Shown here: positions 17,770 through 29,514 of the stretch, in pieces
Position numbering within the stretch: position 1 is the first letter of the stretch
Layout: each line of letters begins with the position of its first letter
Assembly: GCA_041941795.1 (NCBI GenBank)
Contig: CP145872.1
Span: forward strand, 90,001 to 122,000
DNA from: Candidatus Saccharimonadota bacterium
GTDB taxonomy: Bacteria; Pseudomonadota; Gammaproteobacteria; Enterobacterales; Enterobacteriaceae
Reading direction: 5' to 3'
Length of the DNA: 32,000 bases
The notes under the pieces: model-generated
Seen by the model: only the letters and a program-made list of their open reading frames with translations
Database searches by the model: none
Told to the model about the DNA's origin: nothing
Position numbers and translations under genes: made by a program

Positions 17770-19485
17770 ATGTCTGATATTAATATGAATAATTTTAGTT
17801 CTAGAAAAATTTTTCTTGTTACTTGTGCATTACCATACGCTAATGGTTACCTCCATCTTGGTCATCTCCTGGAACATATCCAAGCGGATATATGGGTGCG
17901 TTATCAACGCATGTGTGGACATAAAGTGTTTTTTATTTGTGCTTCGGATGCCCACGGCACTCCCATTTTATTAATGGCACAAAAAATAGGAATAGATCCC
18001 GAAAAAATGGTTCGGGCCATAGGTCAACAACATCAAAAAGTACTCGAGTTATTTTCTATTAGTTATGATAATTATCATTCCACCCATAGTCAAGAAAACT
18101 ATCAATTTGCATTATTAATTTATAACAAATTAAGAAATAAGGGATTGATTAAAAATCGTATATTAACTCAAATGTATGATCCGAATGTCAAGATGTTTTT
18201 ACCCGATCGTTTAGTCAAAGGTGTTTGTCCTAAATGCAAAGCTCTAGATCAATATGGAGATAACTGTGAAGTATGTGGTTCCGTTTATAGCTCAACAGAT
18301 TTAATAAATGCTCGATCAGCAATAACAGGAGTGCGACCCGTATTACAGGAGACAGAACATTTATTTTTTGATTTATCGTTCTACTCTGATATGTTAAGAA
18401 AATGGACTCGTTCTGGGTCCTTACCCGAAGCTGTAGCTAATAAAATGCAAGAATGGTTAGCCGTGGGCTTACATTCTTGGGATATAAGTCGCGATGCACC
18501 ATATTTTGGCTTTAAAATTCCAGATACTATAGGTAAATATTTTTATGTTTGGTTAGATGCACCTATTGGTTATATGAGTACTTTTAAAAATCTCTGTAAT
18601 AAAAGAGAAGATATATGTTTTGAAGATTTTTGGAAACCAGATTCTACTGTACAACTTTGTCACTTTATAGGTAAGGATATTATTTATTTCCATAGTCTAT
18701 TTTGGCCAGCCCTATTAGAAGCTAGTGGTTTTCGTAAACCTACGTCTATTTATGTGCACGGTTTTGTAACATTTAACGGAACAAAAATGTCAAAGTCGAG
18801 GGGATCTCTTATAGACGCGAGCACTTGGTTAAAATGGTTCGATGCAGATAGCTTGCGCTATTATTATGCTACGAAATTATCTTCTCGTATTGAAGATATA
18901 GATCTTAATTTAAATGATTTTACTCACCGGGTAAATGCAGATATTGTTAATAAAGTGGTTAATATAGCAGCTCGTTCTGCTAGTTTTATTAACCAACGTT
19001 TTTCAGGATGGTTATCTAACCGATTAAAAGACCCACTGGTCTATCAGATATTTACTGAAGCTTCGGTTCCCATAGGAAGCGCTTTATCTAATTTAGATTT
19101 TAGTAAGGCGATTCGACAGATTATGTCATTAGCGGATCTGGCTAATCGTTATATTAACGAACAAAAGCCTTGGATTATAGCTCGTTCTAAGAATAGTAAT
19201 GATGCCGAGAATTTACAAGATATTTGTACTATGGGAATAAATTTTTATCGAGTGTTAATGACCTATTTAAAACCCTTTATGCCTTCCTTAAGTCAGAAAT
19301 CAGAAAAATTTCTTCAACAAACATTAGAATGGACAGAAATAAAATCCCCTTTATTGAATCATCGTATTTCTATTTTTGAGATTCTCTATTCAAGAATTAA
19401 ATCTGAAAATGTAAATTCCCTTTTAGCTGAAATGGAGCACCAGAAAAGTGAAAAATATAACCCCAACATTTTTGGGGTTATATAA
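17770..19485 (+). CDS. metG: methionyl-tRNA synthetase lacking the C-terminal tRNA-binding/dimerisation domain
   Basis: The ORF contains [11 protein letters not shown] (HIGH motif), the Zn knuckles CPKC..CEVCG and KMSKSRG. It is 571 aa versus 677 aa in E. coli, and it stops about where the E. coli appended C-terminal domain begins. Confidence 0.95.
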   Translation: MSDINMNNFSSRKIFLVTCALPYANGYLHLGHLLEHIQADIWVRYQRMCGHKVFFICASDAHGTPILLMAQKIGIDPEKMVRAIGQQHQKVLELFSISYDNYHSTHSQENYQFALLIYNKLRNKGLIKNRILTQMYDPNVKMFLPDRLVKGVCPKCKALDQYGDNCEVCGSVYSSTDLINARSAITGVRPVLQETEHLFFDLSFYSDMLRKWTRSGSLPEAVANKMQEWLAVGLHSWDISRDAPYFGFKIPDTIGKYFYVWLDAPIGYMSTFKNLCNKREDICFEDFWKPDSTVQLCHFIGKDIIYFHSLFWPALLEASGFRKPTSIYVHGFVTFNGTKMSKSRGSLIDASTWLKWFDADSLRYYYATKLSSRIEDIDLNLNDFTHRVNADIVNKVVNIAARSASFINQRFSGWLSNRLKDPLVYQIFTEASVPIGSALSNLDFSKAIRQIMSLADLANRYINEQKPWIIARSKNSNDAENLQDICTMGINFYRVLMTYLKPFMPSLSQKSEKFLQQTLEWTEIKSPLLNHRISIFEILYSRIKSENVNSLLAEMEHQKSEKYNPNIFGVI

Positions 19486-19504
19486 TTTTATATATAAGAT
19501 TTAA

Positions 19505-19993
19505 TTACTGTTGATGTGGTATAATACGATTCGTATTATTTGTTTTTCCTATGCTGATCTTTTGTGGTTTTTCATTTTCAGGAATTTCATATTCTAGTTC
19601 AAGTTTTAATAAACCATAATCCAGATTAGCACTTTGGACTTTAAGTCTATTATGAAGATGAAAACTCAGCGAGAAGTTCTCCTCTAAAATTCCTTTATGT
19701 AACCACTTAACATGATTTTTGTCTTTTTTTTCTTTAGGGATTAGATCCTGTTTACCAGTTATAGTCAGCTGTCCATTTTGCAATAAAATATTTAAATTTT
19801 TTTCTTGATATCCAGGTACGCTTACGGTCAAATGATAATGAGTATCATCAGTTTGAATCAAATTATAAGCCGGTGAGTCAGAGAGTGGGGTATCTCCTGT
19901 TAACCTACTAAATAATTTATCCATTCGATCAAAGCGATCTGAAAAAAGACTATCAGTAATTCCTGGGATAAGTGAAAATGAACGATAAGACAT
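19505..19993 (-). CDS. ibpA: small heat-shock protein (IbpA/IbpB family, alpha-crystallin domain)
   Basis: MSYRSFSLIP..PAYNLIQTDDTHYHLTVSVPGYQEKNLNILLQNGQLTITGK..GLLKLELEYEIPE aligns to E. coli IbpA ([43 protein letters not shown]). The start at 19993 is preceded by AAGGAGG, so the track's start at 20062 is unlikely. Confidence 0.92.
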   Translation of the reverse strand: MSYRSFSLIPGITDSLFSDRFDRMDKLFSRLTGDTPLSDSPAYNLIQTDDTHYHLTVSVPGYQEKNLNILLQNGQLTITGKQDLIPKEKKDKNHVKWLHKGILEENFSLSFHLHNRLKVQSANLDYGLLKLELEYEIPENEKPQKISIGKTNNTNRIIPHQQ

Positions 19994-19995
19994 AA

Positions 19996-20011
19996 TTGCC
20001 TCCTTAGGCAA
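19996..20011 (-). promoter_or_regulatory. Shine-Dalgarno-sequestering hairpin in the ibpA 5' UTR (ROSE-like RNA thermometer candidate)
   Basis: The mRNA reads UUGCCU-AAGG-AGGCAA-UU-AUG: a 6-bp perfect stem and a 4-nt loop, with the SD AAGGAGG split between the loop and the 3' arm. The 5' arm UUGCCU resembles the ROSE U(U/C)GCU anti-SD motif. Confidence 0.35.
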
Positions 20012-20073
20012 GGAATAATTAATTCTATTCCAGCTCATTGTGCTTTTTTGTATAGAAATCACCTTAGCTATTA

Positions 20074-20102
20074 TAAATAAGGATTAATTATCTCTTTTCA
20101 AG
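20074..20102 (-). promoter_or_regulatory. sigma32-type heat-shock promoter upstream of ibpA
   Basis: The minus strand reads TCTCTTGAAA, 13 nt, then CCTTATTTA, compared with the consensus CTTGAAA-N13-15-CCCCATNT. It lies about 80 nt upstream of the ibpA ATG. Confidence 0.45.
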
Positions 20103-20445
20103 AGATGTGATATTTTTCCTTATACGAGGAAGGCTCTCGTAACATAATTACTGCAAAAATAAAGAATAATTTTTTTTTCCTTCAAATTATTTTTATGTAT
20201 GGAGACTATATAATGACTTAAGATCTTGCCACTATAGATCTTCACTTGAATTCGTACTATTATATATTTAAATCAGGAACTCCAAGAAAAGAAAATATCT
20301 AATCTAGATAGCGGATCTACAATATCTCTCTCTTGTATTAAAGAAGACAATCCGATTATGATTGTACTTCTACTCTAAAAAGAGGGAAATTGATTCCAGA
20401 ATTAATTACCTGCTCGGTCATCATAAATCACTATCTCTAATGATT

Positions 20446-21186
20446 TTATTCATCTTTTGTTATTGTATTCCAAATACAGATCCCATTTTTATCTTTCAGA
20501 TTTTGCAAATATTTCTTATGTGCTGTAATTTCTTCATTATTAGCTTTGATCACTGGTAACGTTACGGATATTAAAGATTCTATTATTTCTTTTTTATTTA
20601 GGTTTAATGGTTCTCGGGGTACAAATAATAAGGAACTTTGTCCTGCAGAGGACATAGCTAAATATACTTCCGCCAATATTTGAGCATCTACTAAGGCTCC
20701 ATGTATCTTCTTACCCTGTAACATTCTTTTATTTTCGATTTGCAATCGACTACAGAGGGAATCAAGACTATTTCGTTGACCTGGAAAAATTTTTCTGGCT
20801 AATACCAAACTATCTGTAACTGTACAGATAGTTTCAATCCGAGGATAGGAGGCATTTAATAAACTTAATTCATAATTTAAAAAACTAATATCAAATGAAG
20901 CATTATGAATGACTAACTCATAACCTTCTATATATTTGAGAAAATTATCAGCAATTTGAATAAATTTAGGTTTATTTAATAAGTCTTCATCTGTAATTCC
21001 ATGTATCCGCATTGCGAGGGGATCAACCGGTCTATTGGGATTTAAATAAACATGAAAATTATTACCCGTGAAACAACGATCTACTATCTCTATCGCACCA
21101 ATTTCTATAATACGGTGTCCTTCGTAGGGAGGACCGTTATAATTCATCCCGGTAGTTTCAATATCTAAAATAATTTGTCGGGTCAT
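20446..21186 (-). CDS. dnaQ: DNA polymerase III epsilon subunit (proofreading exonuclease)
   Basis: TRQIILDIETTGMN..YEGHRIIEIGAIEIV..TGNNFHVYLNP..LVIHNASFDISFLNYE..HGALVDAQILAEVYLAM retains all three Exo motifs. The gene is divergent from rnhA, as in E. coli. Confidence 0.95.
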   Translation of the reverse strand: MTRQIILDIETTGMNYNGPPYEGHRIIEIGAIEIVDRCFTGNNFHVYLNPNRPVDPLAMRIHGITDEDLLNKPKFIQIADNFLKYIEGYELVIHNASFDISFLNYELSLLNASYPRIETICTVTDSLVLARKIFPGQRNSLDSLCSRLQIENKRMLQGKKIHGALVDAQILAEVYLAMSSAGQSSLLFVPREPLNLNKKEIIESLISVTLPVIKANNEEITAHKKYLQNLKDKNGICIWNTITKDE

Positions 21187-21211
21187 TTTTTTTTCAAGAA
21201 AGTGCTATTAA

Positions 21212-21670
21212 ATGTCTAAAAAAGTCGAAATATTTACGGATGGCTCGTGCCTTGGAAATCCGGGTCCTGGGGGATATGGAGTCATATTACGTTATCGTCA
21301 GTATGAGAAATTACTAAGTGCAGGTTATTATTTAACTACTAATAATCGCATGGAATTAATGGCTATTATTGTAGCTCTAGAATCCTTAAAATCTTCTTGC
21401 AGAGTCCAAATTATCACAGATAGTCAATATGTCCAAAAAGGTATTCAAGAATGGTTACATAATTGGAAACAACATAACTGGCTGACTAAAGCAAAAAAAC
21501 CCGTTAAAAATATTGACTTATGGCTCCGTCTCGAGAAAAATTTAAAATTTCATAATCCGATTCAATGGCACTGGATTAAAGGACACTCGGGACATCTTGA
21601 AAACGAACGTTGCGATCATTTAGCCCGCAATGCCGCTAAACTACCTACTCTTATAGATTTGATTAATTAA
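21212..21670 (+). CDS. rnhA: ribonuclease HI
   Basis: [74 protein letters not shown] matches E. coli RNase HI, and the catalytic D/E/D/D context is retained. Confidence 0.96.
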   Translation: MSKKVEIFTDGSCLGNPGPGGYGVILRYRQYEKLLSAGYYLTTNNRMELMAIIVALESLKSSCRVQIITDSQYVQKGIQEWLHNWKQHNWLTKAKKPVKNIDLWLRLEKNLKFHNPIQWHWIKGHSGHLENERCDHLARNAAKLPTLIDLIN

Positions 21671-21841
21671 TCAATTTTATAAATAGATAACCTAGAATGT
21701 ATGTAACTAAAATCATAAATTTATAAAAATTTCGTAATCATTCGTCTTAATTTCTGACCTTCAATTTTCTAATTTTCATTATTGATATTTGGATCTATAG
21801 TTTTTGCCATGATTATCTTATCTAGATTAATTTAATTATTA

Positions 21842-21918
21842 TGGCGGTGCGGACGGGACTTGAACCCGCGACCCCCGGCGTGACAGGCCGATATTCTAAC
21901 CATCTGAACTACCGCACC
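21842..21918 (-). tRNA. tRNA-Asp (GUC) with encoded 3' CCA
   Basis: The reverse complement GGTGCGGTAGTTCAGATGGTTAGAATATCGGCCTGTCACGCCGGGGGTCGCGGGTTCAAGTCCCGTCCGCACCGCCA has the anticodon loop CTGTCAC. It lies 6 nt downstream of the 5S gene. Confidence 0.96.
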
Positions 21919-21924
21919 CCAAAA

Positions 21925-22044
21925 ATCCAGACAGATACCTGCTCTCACACGAGGAGAACCTCGTACTACCCTAGGTGCTACGGCATTTCACTACTGAGTT
22001 CGAGATGGAATCAGGTGGTTCTACCGCGCTTAACTGTCTGGACT
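21925..22044 (-). rRNA. rrf: 5S rRNA
   Basis: The reverse complement aligns to E. coli 5S (..CCACCTGAT.CCAT..CGAACTCAG.AGTGAAA.GCCGTAGC..). The terminal helix GTCCAGACAG/CTGTCTGGAT is intact. The ends are good to within 2 nt. Confidence 0.93.
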
Positions 22045-22082
22045 AATAATCTTACTTTTAAAGAGAACATTTCTGGTGTTGT

Positions 22083-24984
<2,902 letters not shown>

Positions 24985-25064
24985 TCACAACCCACAAATG
25001 TCCTGTATTTTACAAAAATTTTTCATTTTTTTAAAGAACTTTTCTATTCTGCTAATAAGTTAGC
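24985..25064 (-). promoter_or_regulatory. relic of the 16S-23S spacer: boxB-like hairpin, boxA-like motif and the 5' arm of the 23S processing stem
   Basis: The minus strand reads GCTAA-CTTA-TTAGC (25064-25051), then GTTCTTTAAAAAAA (25039-26), then CATTTGTGGGTTGTGA abutting GGTTAAGC. The E. coli ITS ends ..TGCTCTTTAAAAA...CTTCGGGTTGTGAGGTTAAGC. The arm is largely complementary to ACAACACCAGAAATG just 3' of the 23S gene (22068-22082). Confidence 0.5.
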
Positions 25065-25169
25065 GGAATAAAAATTATCGACTTATTACTCAAGTCAATA
25101 CCTTATCTTCATTATATAATTAGGAAAAATAAAAAGCTACTGTAAAAAAATTTTATTTTTTTTATCATA

Positions 25170-27296
25170 TCAATATATAAGATTACCATGTTGGTAATCT
25201 ATTTCCACAGGGTGACTTGGAATAATTTTGCCTGCTAAAATAGCTTGAGCTAACTCATTTTCAATGAGAGTTTGAATAACTCTTTTTAATGGCCTAGCTC
25301 CATAAACCGGATCGTATCCTTTTTCTACTAACATCTGCACCACATTATTAGTCAGATGAATTTGATAACCTTGATCTTGCAATTTATTATATAGCTTCTG
25401 AAGCTGAATTTTTACTATTAAAGCAATATGTTTTTTATTTAAAGGATGAAATACAACTATTTCATTAATACGATTAATAAATTCTGGACGAAAGTGCTTA
25501 GTAACAAGCTTCATTAAGATTGTTTTCATCTCCTCATATGTCCATGTGACGAAACGTTCTTGAATTATATCAGATCCTAAATTAGAAGTTAGCACTACCA
25601 CGGTATTACGAAAATCTACTGTTCTACCTTGACTATCTGTTAAACGACCTTCATCTAATACTTGAAGTAAAATATTAAAAACGTCTACATGTGCTTTTTC
25701 TACTTCATCTAATAATATGACCGAATAAGGTCTACGTCTAATTGCTTCGGTTAAATGTCCCCCTTCTTCATAGCCAATATAACCAGGAGGAGCACCAACT
25801 AAACGAGACACGGCATGTTTTTCCATAAACTCAGACATATCAATACGTACCATGGAATCATCAGAATCAAACATAAAATTAGCTAATGCCTTACAAAGTT
25901 CGGTCTTTCCTAAACCAGTGGAACCCAGAAAAAGAAAGGAACCAATAGGTTGATTAGGATCGGATAAACCCGCTCTATTTCTCCGTAAAGCATGTGATAC
26001 AGCTGATACAGCGTCAGCTTGTCCAATTACCCGTTGATGTAACGTTTCTTCTATACGTAAAAGTTTTTGTCGCTCACTTTGTATCAGCCTAGATACTGGG
26101 ATTCCCGTCCAACGAGATAATACATCTGCTATCTCTGTATCTGTAACTTTATTACGTAATAAGTGCATAACTTCATTACCTTGATTGGTGGCTATGAATA
26201 ACTTTTTTTCTAATTCTGGAATAGTACCATACTGTAATTGAGACATACGTTCTAAATCTCCTAGTCGTCTCAATTTTTCCAGCATTATCTTCGCTTGTTC
26301 TAGTTCGGTTTTGAGATGTTGAGTATGAGTTAAGATAGATTTTTCTGTTTTCCACTTTTTTTCTAATTCTGCATATTGATGTTCCTTCTCATTGATTTCG
26401 TTATTCAAAACCGTGAGACGTTTAATACTGGCTTCATCCATTTCTTTATTTAAGGTTTGTTGTTCTAATTTTAATTGGATAATCCGTCGTTCTAGGCGAT
26501 CTAAAGGTTCAGGTTTAGAATCAATTTGTAACCGGATACTCGCAGCAGCTTCATCAATTAAATCAATTGCTTTATCAGGTAATTTTCTTTCCGAAATATA
26601 ACGTTGTGATAATTTAGCTGCCGCTACAATTGCAGGATCGGTAATTTGTACATTATGATGTAGTTCATAACGTTCCTTTAAACCACGCAAAATAGCAATA
26701 GTATCTTTTACGGTCGGTTCTGCTATAAATACTTTTTGAAAACGTCGTTCTAAAGCGGCATCTTTTTCTATATATTGTCTATATTCATTTAATGTAGTAG
26801 CACCTACACAGTGTAGGTCTCCACGAGCCAATGCTGGTTTTAACATATTACCTGCATCCATAGCACCTTCACTTTTACCTACTCCTACCATAGTATGTAA
26901 TTCATCTATAAACAATATAACCTGACCTTCCTGTTTAACTAAATCTGTAAGTAACCCTTTTAATCGTTCTTCAAATTCTCCCCGATATTTGGCTCCTGCT
27001 AATAATGTTCCCATATCTAATGATAATATTCTTTTTCCTTTTAATCCTTCAGGTACTTCTCTATTTAAAATTCTTTGTGCTAATCCTTCTACAATAGCAG
27101 TCTTTCCCACTCCGGGATCACCAATAAGAACAGGATTATTTTTAGTACGTCGCTGCAATACTTGGATAGTACGACGTATTTCGTCATCTCGTCCAATGAC
27201 TGGATCTAATTTTCCTGTTTCTGCAAACTCTGTAATATCAATAGTATATTTTCTTAAATGCTGGTCTTGAGAATTTTTATTCTTATTATTAACCAT
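25170..27296 (-). CDS. clpB: ClpB disaggregase lacking the N-terminal domain (equivalent to the E. coli short ClpB isoform)
   Basis: The 708-aa ORF reads [66 protein letters not shown] and aligns to E. coli ClpB from S148/V149 onward. It has both Walker A/B pairs and the coiled-coil M-domain. A GGAGAG RBS lies 5 nt upstream of the ATG. Confidence 0.95.
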   Translation of the reverse strand: MVNNKNKNSQDQHLRKYTIDITEFAETGKLDPVIGRDDEIRRTIQVLQRRTKNNPVLIGDPGVGKTAIVEGLAQRILNREVPEGLKGKRILSLDMGTLLAGAKYRGEFEERLKGLLTDLVKQEGQVILFIDELHTMVGVGKSEGAMDAGNMLKPALARGDLHCVGATTLNEYRQYIEKDAALERRFQKVFIAEPTVKDTIAILRGLKERYELHHNVQITDPAIVAAAKLSQRYISERKLPDKAIDLIDEAAASIRLQIDSKPEPLDRLERRIIQLKLEQQTLNKEMDEASIKRLTVLNNEINEKEHQYAELEKKWKTEKSILTHTQHLKTELEQAKIMLEKLRRLGDLERMSQLQYGTIPELEKKLFIATNQGNEVMHLLRNKVTDTEIADVLSRWTGIPVSRLIQSERQKLLRIEETLHQRVIGQADAVSAVSHALRRNRAGLSDPNQPIGSFLFLGSTGLGKTELCKALANFMFDSDDSMVRIDMSEFMEKHAVSRLVGAPPGYIGYEEGGHLTEAIRRRPYSVILLDEVEKAHVDVFNILLQVLDEGRLTDSQGRTVDFRNTVVVLTSNLGSDIIQERFVTWTYEEMKTILMKLVTKHFRPEFINRINEIVVFHPLNKKHIALIVKIQLQKLYNKLQDQGYQIHLTNNVVQMLVEKGYDPVYGARPLKRVIQTLIENELAQAILAGKIIPSHPVEIDYQHGNLIY

Positions 27297-27546
27297 TTTT
27301 ACTCTCCGTACCTCATGAATTGCTTAATAATTTCTCTTATCAATATTGAGCACCTAATTTTTTAGAGTATGTCTGAAAGAACACTTTGGATATTTATGAA
27401 TGCTAAAATAAAAAGTGCGTATGAACTAAAATAATTCACTTTTTTTCTAAAATGGATCTCTTAGTTTAACATGCGGATTAATTAGCGGAAGTTCTAGAAT
27501 ATACCTATAAATTGAAATTGAGACGGTAGATGTAAACGTCCCACAT
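27297..27546 (-). pseudogene. clpB: decayed remnant of the clpB N-terminal domain
   Basis: Broken frames on the minus strand give M..YRLNFNL* (MRLDRLTNKFQLAL), INPHV (IEPLHL), KSELF*F (SSELFVL) and KQFMRYGE* (EQMRGGES). There are several stops and roughly half the domain length is missing. The last stop overlaps the RBS of the retained ORF. Confidence 0.6.
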
Positions 27547-27607
27547 AACCTTCTATTTCAGACTGAATCAGTTAAGTATATAATTTCGTAACCTAAAAAA
27601 ATAAAAA

Positions 27608-28579
27608 TTATAAATCTAACTTGTCAGTTTCTAAAATAGAAATGAGATTATTCATATCGTGAGGTATTGTTGCATGAAATTCCATAAGGATACCAGTCTC
27701 CGGATGTGGAAACTGTAATAGAGAAGCATGCAAAGCCTGCCGATCAAACTTATATAATTCCGATTTTACTTGGGAAGAAGCATGAACCGGAATTTTTACA
27801 GCTCGATATCGACCTTTATATTTTTTATCTCCCACTAGAGGATAGTTGAGGTAGGCAAGATGTACACGAATCTGGTGAGTTAAACCGGTTTCGAGTTGAA
27901 CCCCAATATGGGTGTGATCTCTAAAACGAGCTAATATCCGATAATGAGTTATTGCCTTTTTACTGCTCTGTTTGAGCATATCGATAGCCATAAGCGTCCG
28001 TCTAGTCGGATGTCTAATAATAGCTTCTGAGATCAATCCTCCGGAGATCATGACACCATTAACTATAGCTTCATATTTACGAAGAACTATGCGTTTTTTC
28101 ATTAACGAGAGCAATTTCATATATATTAATGTTGTTTTAGCTATGATCATTAATCCTGTAGTATCTTTGTCTAAACGATGGACTATTCCAGCTCTAGGTA
28201 TTTTAGCTAAGCACGGATAGTAGAAAAGCAAAGCATTTAATACAGTACCATTAAGATTTCCGGCACCGGGATGGACAACTAAATTTCGAGATTTATTAAT
28301 GATAATTAAATAATTGTCTTCGTAAATAATATTTAATGCGATCTCTTGTGCTTGCCCAGGATAGTAATCATTAGTTACGTTTATTACATTAATAATTACT
28401 TGAGATTTAACCCTAATTTTAATTTTAGGCTTATCTATAATAGTCCCATTCACTCTCACTAATTTTTGTTCAATCCATTTTTTGATACAAGATCGGGAAT
28501 ATTGGGGAAATAAACTCACTAAAATTTGATCTAGTCGCTGACCTATTTGTGAATCTAATACTGTAGCTGTAAGTTTCAT
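27608..28579 (-). CDS. rluD: 23S rRNA pseudouridine synthase RluD
   Basis: LTATV..IGQRLDQ..FPQYSRS.IKKWI (S4 domain), the catalytic HRLDKDTTGLMIIAKT, and LETGLTHQIRVHLA are collinear with E. coli RluD. Confidence 0.95.
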   Translation of the reverse strand: MKLTATVLDSQIGQRLDQILVSLFPQYSRSCIKKWIEQKLVRVNGTIIDKPKIKIRVKSQVIINVINVTNDYYPGQAQEIALNIIYEDNYLIIINKSRNLVVHPGAGNLNGTVLNALLFYYPCLAKIPRAGIVHRLDKDTTGLMIIAKTTLIYMKLLSLMKKRIVLRKYEAIVNGVMISGGLISEAIIRHPTRRTLMAIDMLKQSSKKAITHYRILARFRDHTHIGVQLETGLTHQIRVHLAYLNYPLVGDKKYKGRYRAVKIPVHASSQVKSELYKFDRQALHASLLQFPHPETGILMEFHATIPHDMNNLISILETDKLDL

Positions 28580-28675
28580 TTAAGATGAATTAATAAATTA
28601 GATAGAAGATGAGATTCTCATCTATAATAGATATTTATGAAATGGAGGAAAAAGAATTAAAAATAGATACCAAAC

Positions 28676-29341
28676 ATGATGTCCATAAAGTATGGAATAC
28701 TATTAATTATAGTAACTTTAATGATGCGTACCACATCCTATTTTGCTTTTAAATTTTTTAATATTTATCATACCGTTATTCACTATCCAGTTATTACGGA
28801 AACATTTTTATTAAATAATGATGTTAATCACTGGAAAAAAATACAACGACATTATCAGGATAATAATGATTCTCAGCAAACTAAACTCAATTTAATATAT
28901 GCATATTATAAGTTAAATAACTTAACTTTACTTCATAAACTAATACAAAAGTTTTTACGTTTTAGTGATTTTAATTCCACGCAAGATTACCTCTTATATA
29001 TGCAAGGTCTCACTAATCTGCAAATCGATCATTTAAATCAAATCCATCTTTTGAGGATTGATCGCTATGATCGAGATTCTGAATATGCAGAGAGAGCATT
29101 ACAATTTTTTGTAAATCTTATTATGACTTATCCTAATAGTCAATACATTATCAATGCTAAAAAATATCTAACAGTATTAGAGGATCGTTTTTCAAAAAAT
29201 GAGTTTGCGATAGTCAAATTAAATTTAATAAATGGTGCTTATGCATCTGCACTCAAACATATTGAAAATATGATAATAAATTATCCCTCTACAAAATATA
29301 CTCACCAAGCTCTTTGTTTGCTTAAGCAGCTAGGTATTTAA
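28676..29341 (+). CDS. bamD: outer-membrane protein assembly factor BamD (YfiO), N-terminus divergent and without a lipobox cysteine
   Basis: LNLIYAYYKLNNL..YLLYMQGLTN..IDRYDRDSEYAERALQFF..LIMTYPNSQYIINAKKYL aligns to E. coli BamD (LDLIYAYYKNADL..YVMYMRGLTN..VDRSDRDPQHARAAFSDF..YPNSQYTTDATKRL). The gene is divergent from rluD, as in E. coli. Confidence 0.88.
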   Translation: MMSIKYGILLIIVTLMMRTTSYFAFKFFNIYHTVIHYPVITETFLLNNDVNHWKKIQRHYQDNNDSQQTKLNLIYAYYKLNNLTLLHKLIQKFLRFSDFNSTQDYLLYMQGLTNLQIDHLNQIHLLRIDRYDRDSEYAERALQFFVNLIMTYPNSQYIINAKKYLTVLEDRFSKNEFAIVKLNLINGAYASALKHIENMIINYPSTKYTHQALCLLKQLGI

Positions 29342-29400
29342 AATAAGACTTTAAAATAATACCTAACTAATAATCTAGTTAGTAAAATTTTGCTGTTCAT

Positions 29401-29514
29401 GAGCGCTTCTTTAAGAGACAACTTAGCAAGTGCGTGTTATGATTCACATAATGTTCCTCTCAAGAATATTCGGTATGTTTTGATAAGAAAAATAAGCAAA
29501 ATTAGAAGAGAAAT
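29401..29514 (+). pseudogene. pheA: possible remnant of the pheA chorismate-mutase domain (C-terminal half, frameshifted)
   Basis: Two frames give ERFFKRQLSKCV (E. coli P-protein ERDLLERLITLG) and NIRYVLIRKISKI (ITRLFQLIIEDSV). The similarity is weak and stops are present. Only 173 bp separate the bamD stop from the dehydratase ATG. Confidence 0.45.

Noticed and set aside
25093-25125. Firm promoter calls for the 23S gene (TTGACT at 25098-25093 and TATAAT at about 25114-25109).
   Set aside because: TTGACT has no acceptable -10 element at 16-18 nt, and TATAAT has no -35 element. These are reported only as possibilities within the finding on the 23S upstream region.
27297-27607. A sigma32 promoter upstream of the truncated clpB.
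   Set aside because: No CTTGAA-like -35 element with a CCCCAT-like -10 element was found. Only ACTTAAC/TGAAA fragments are present.
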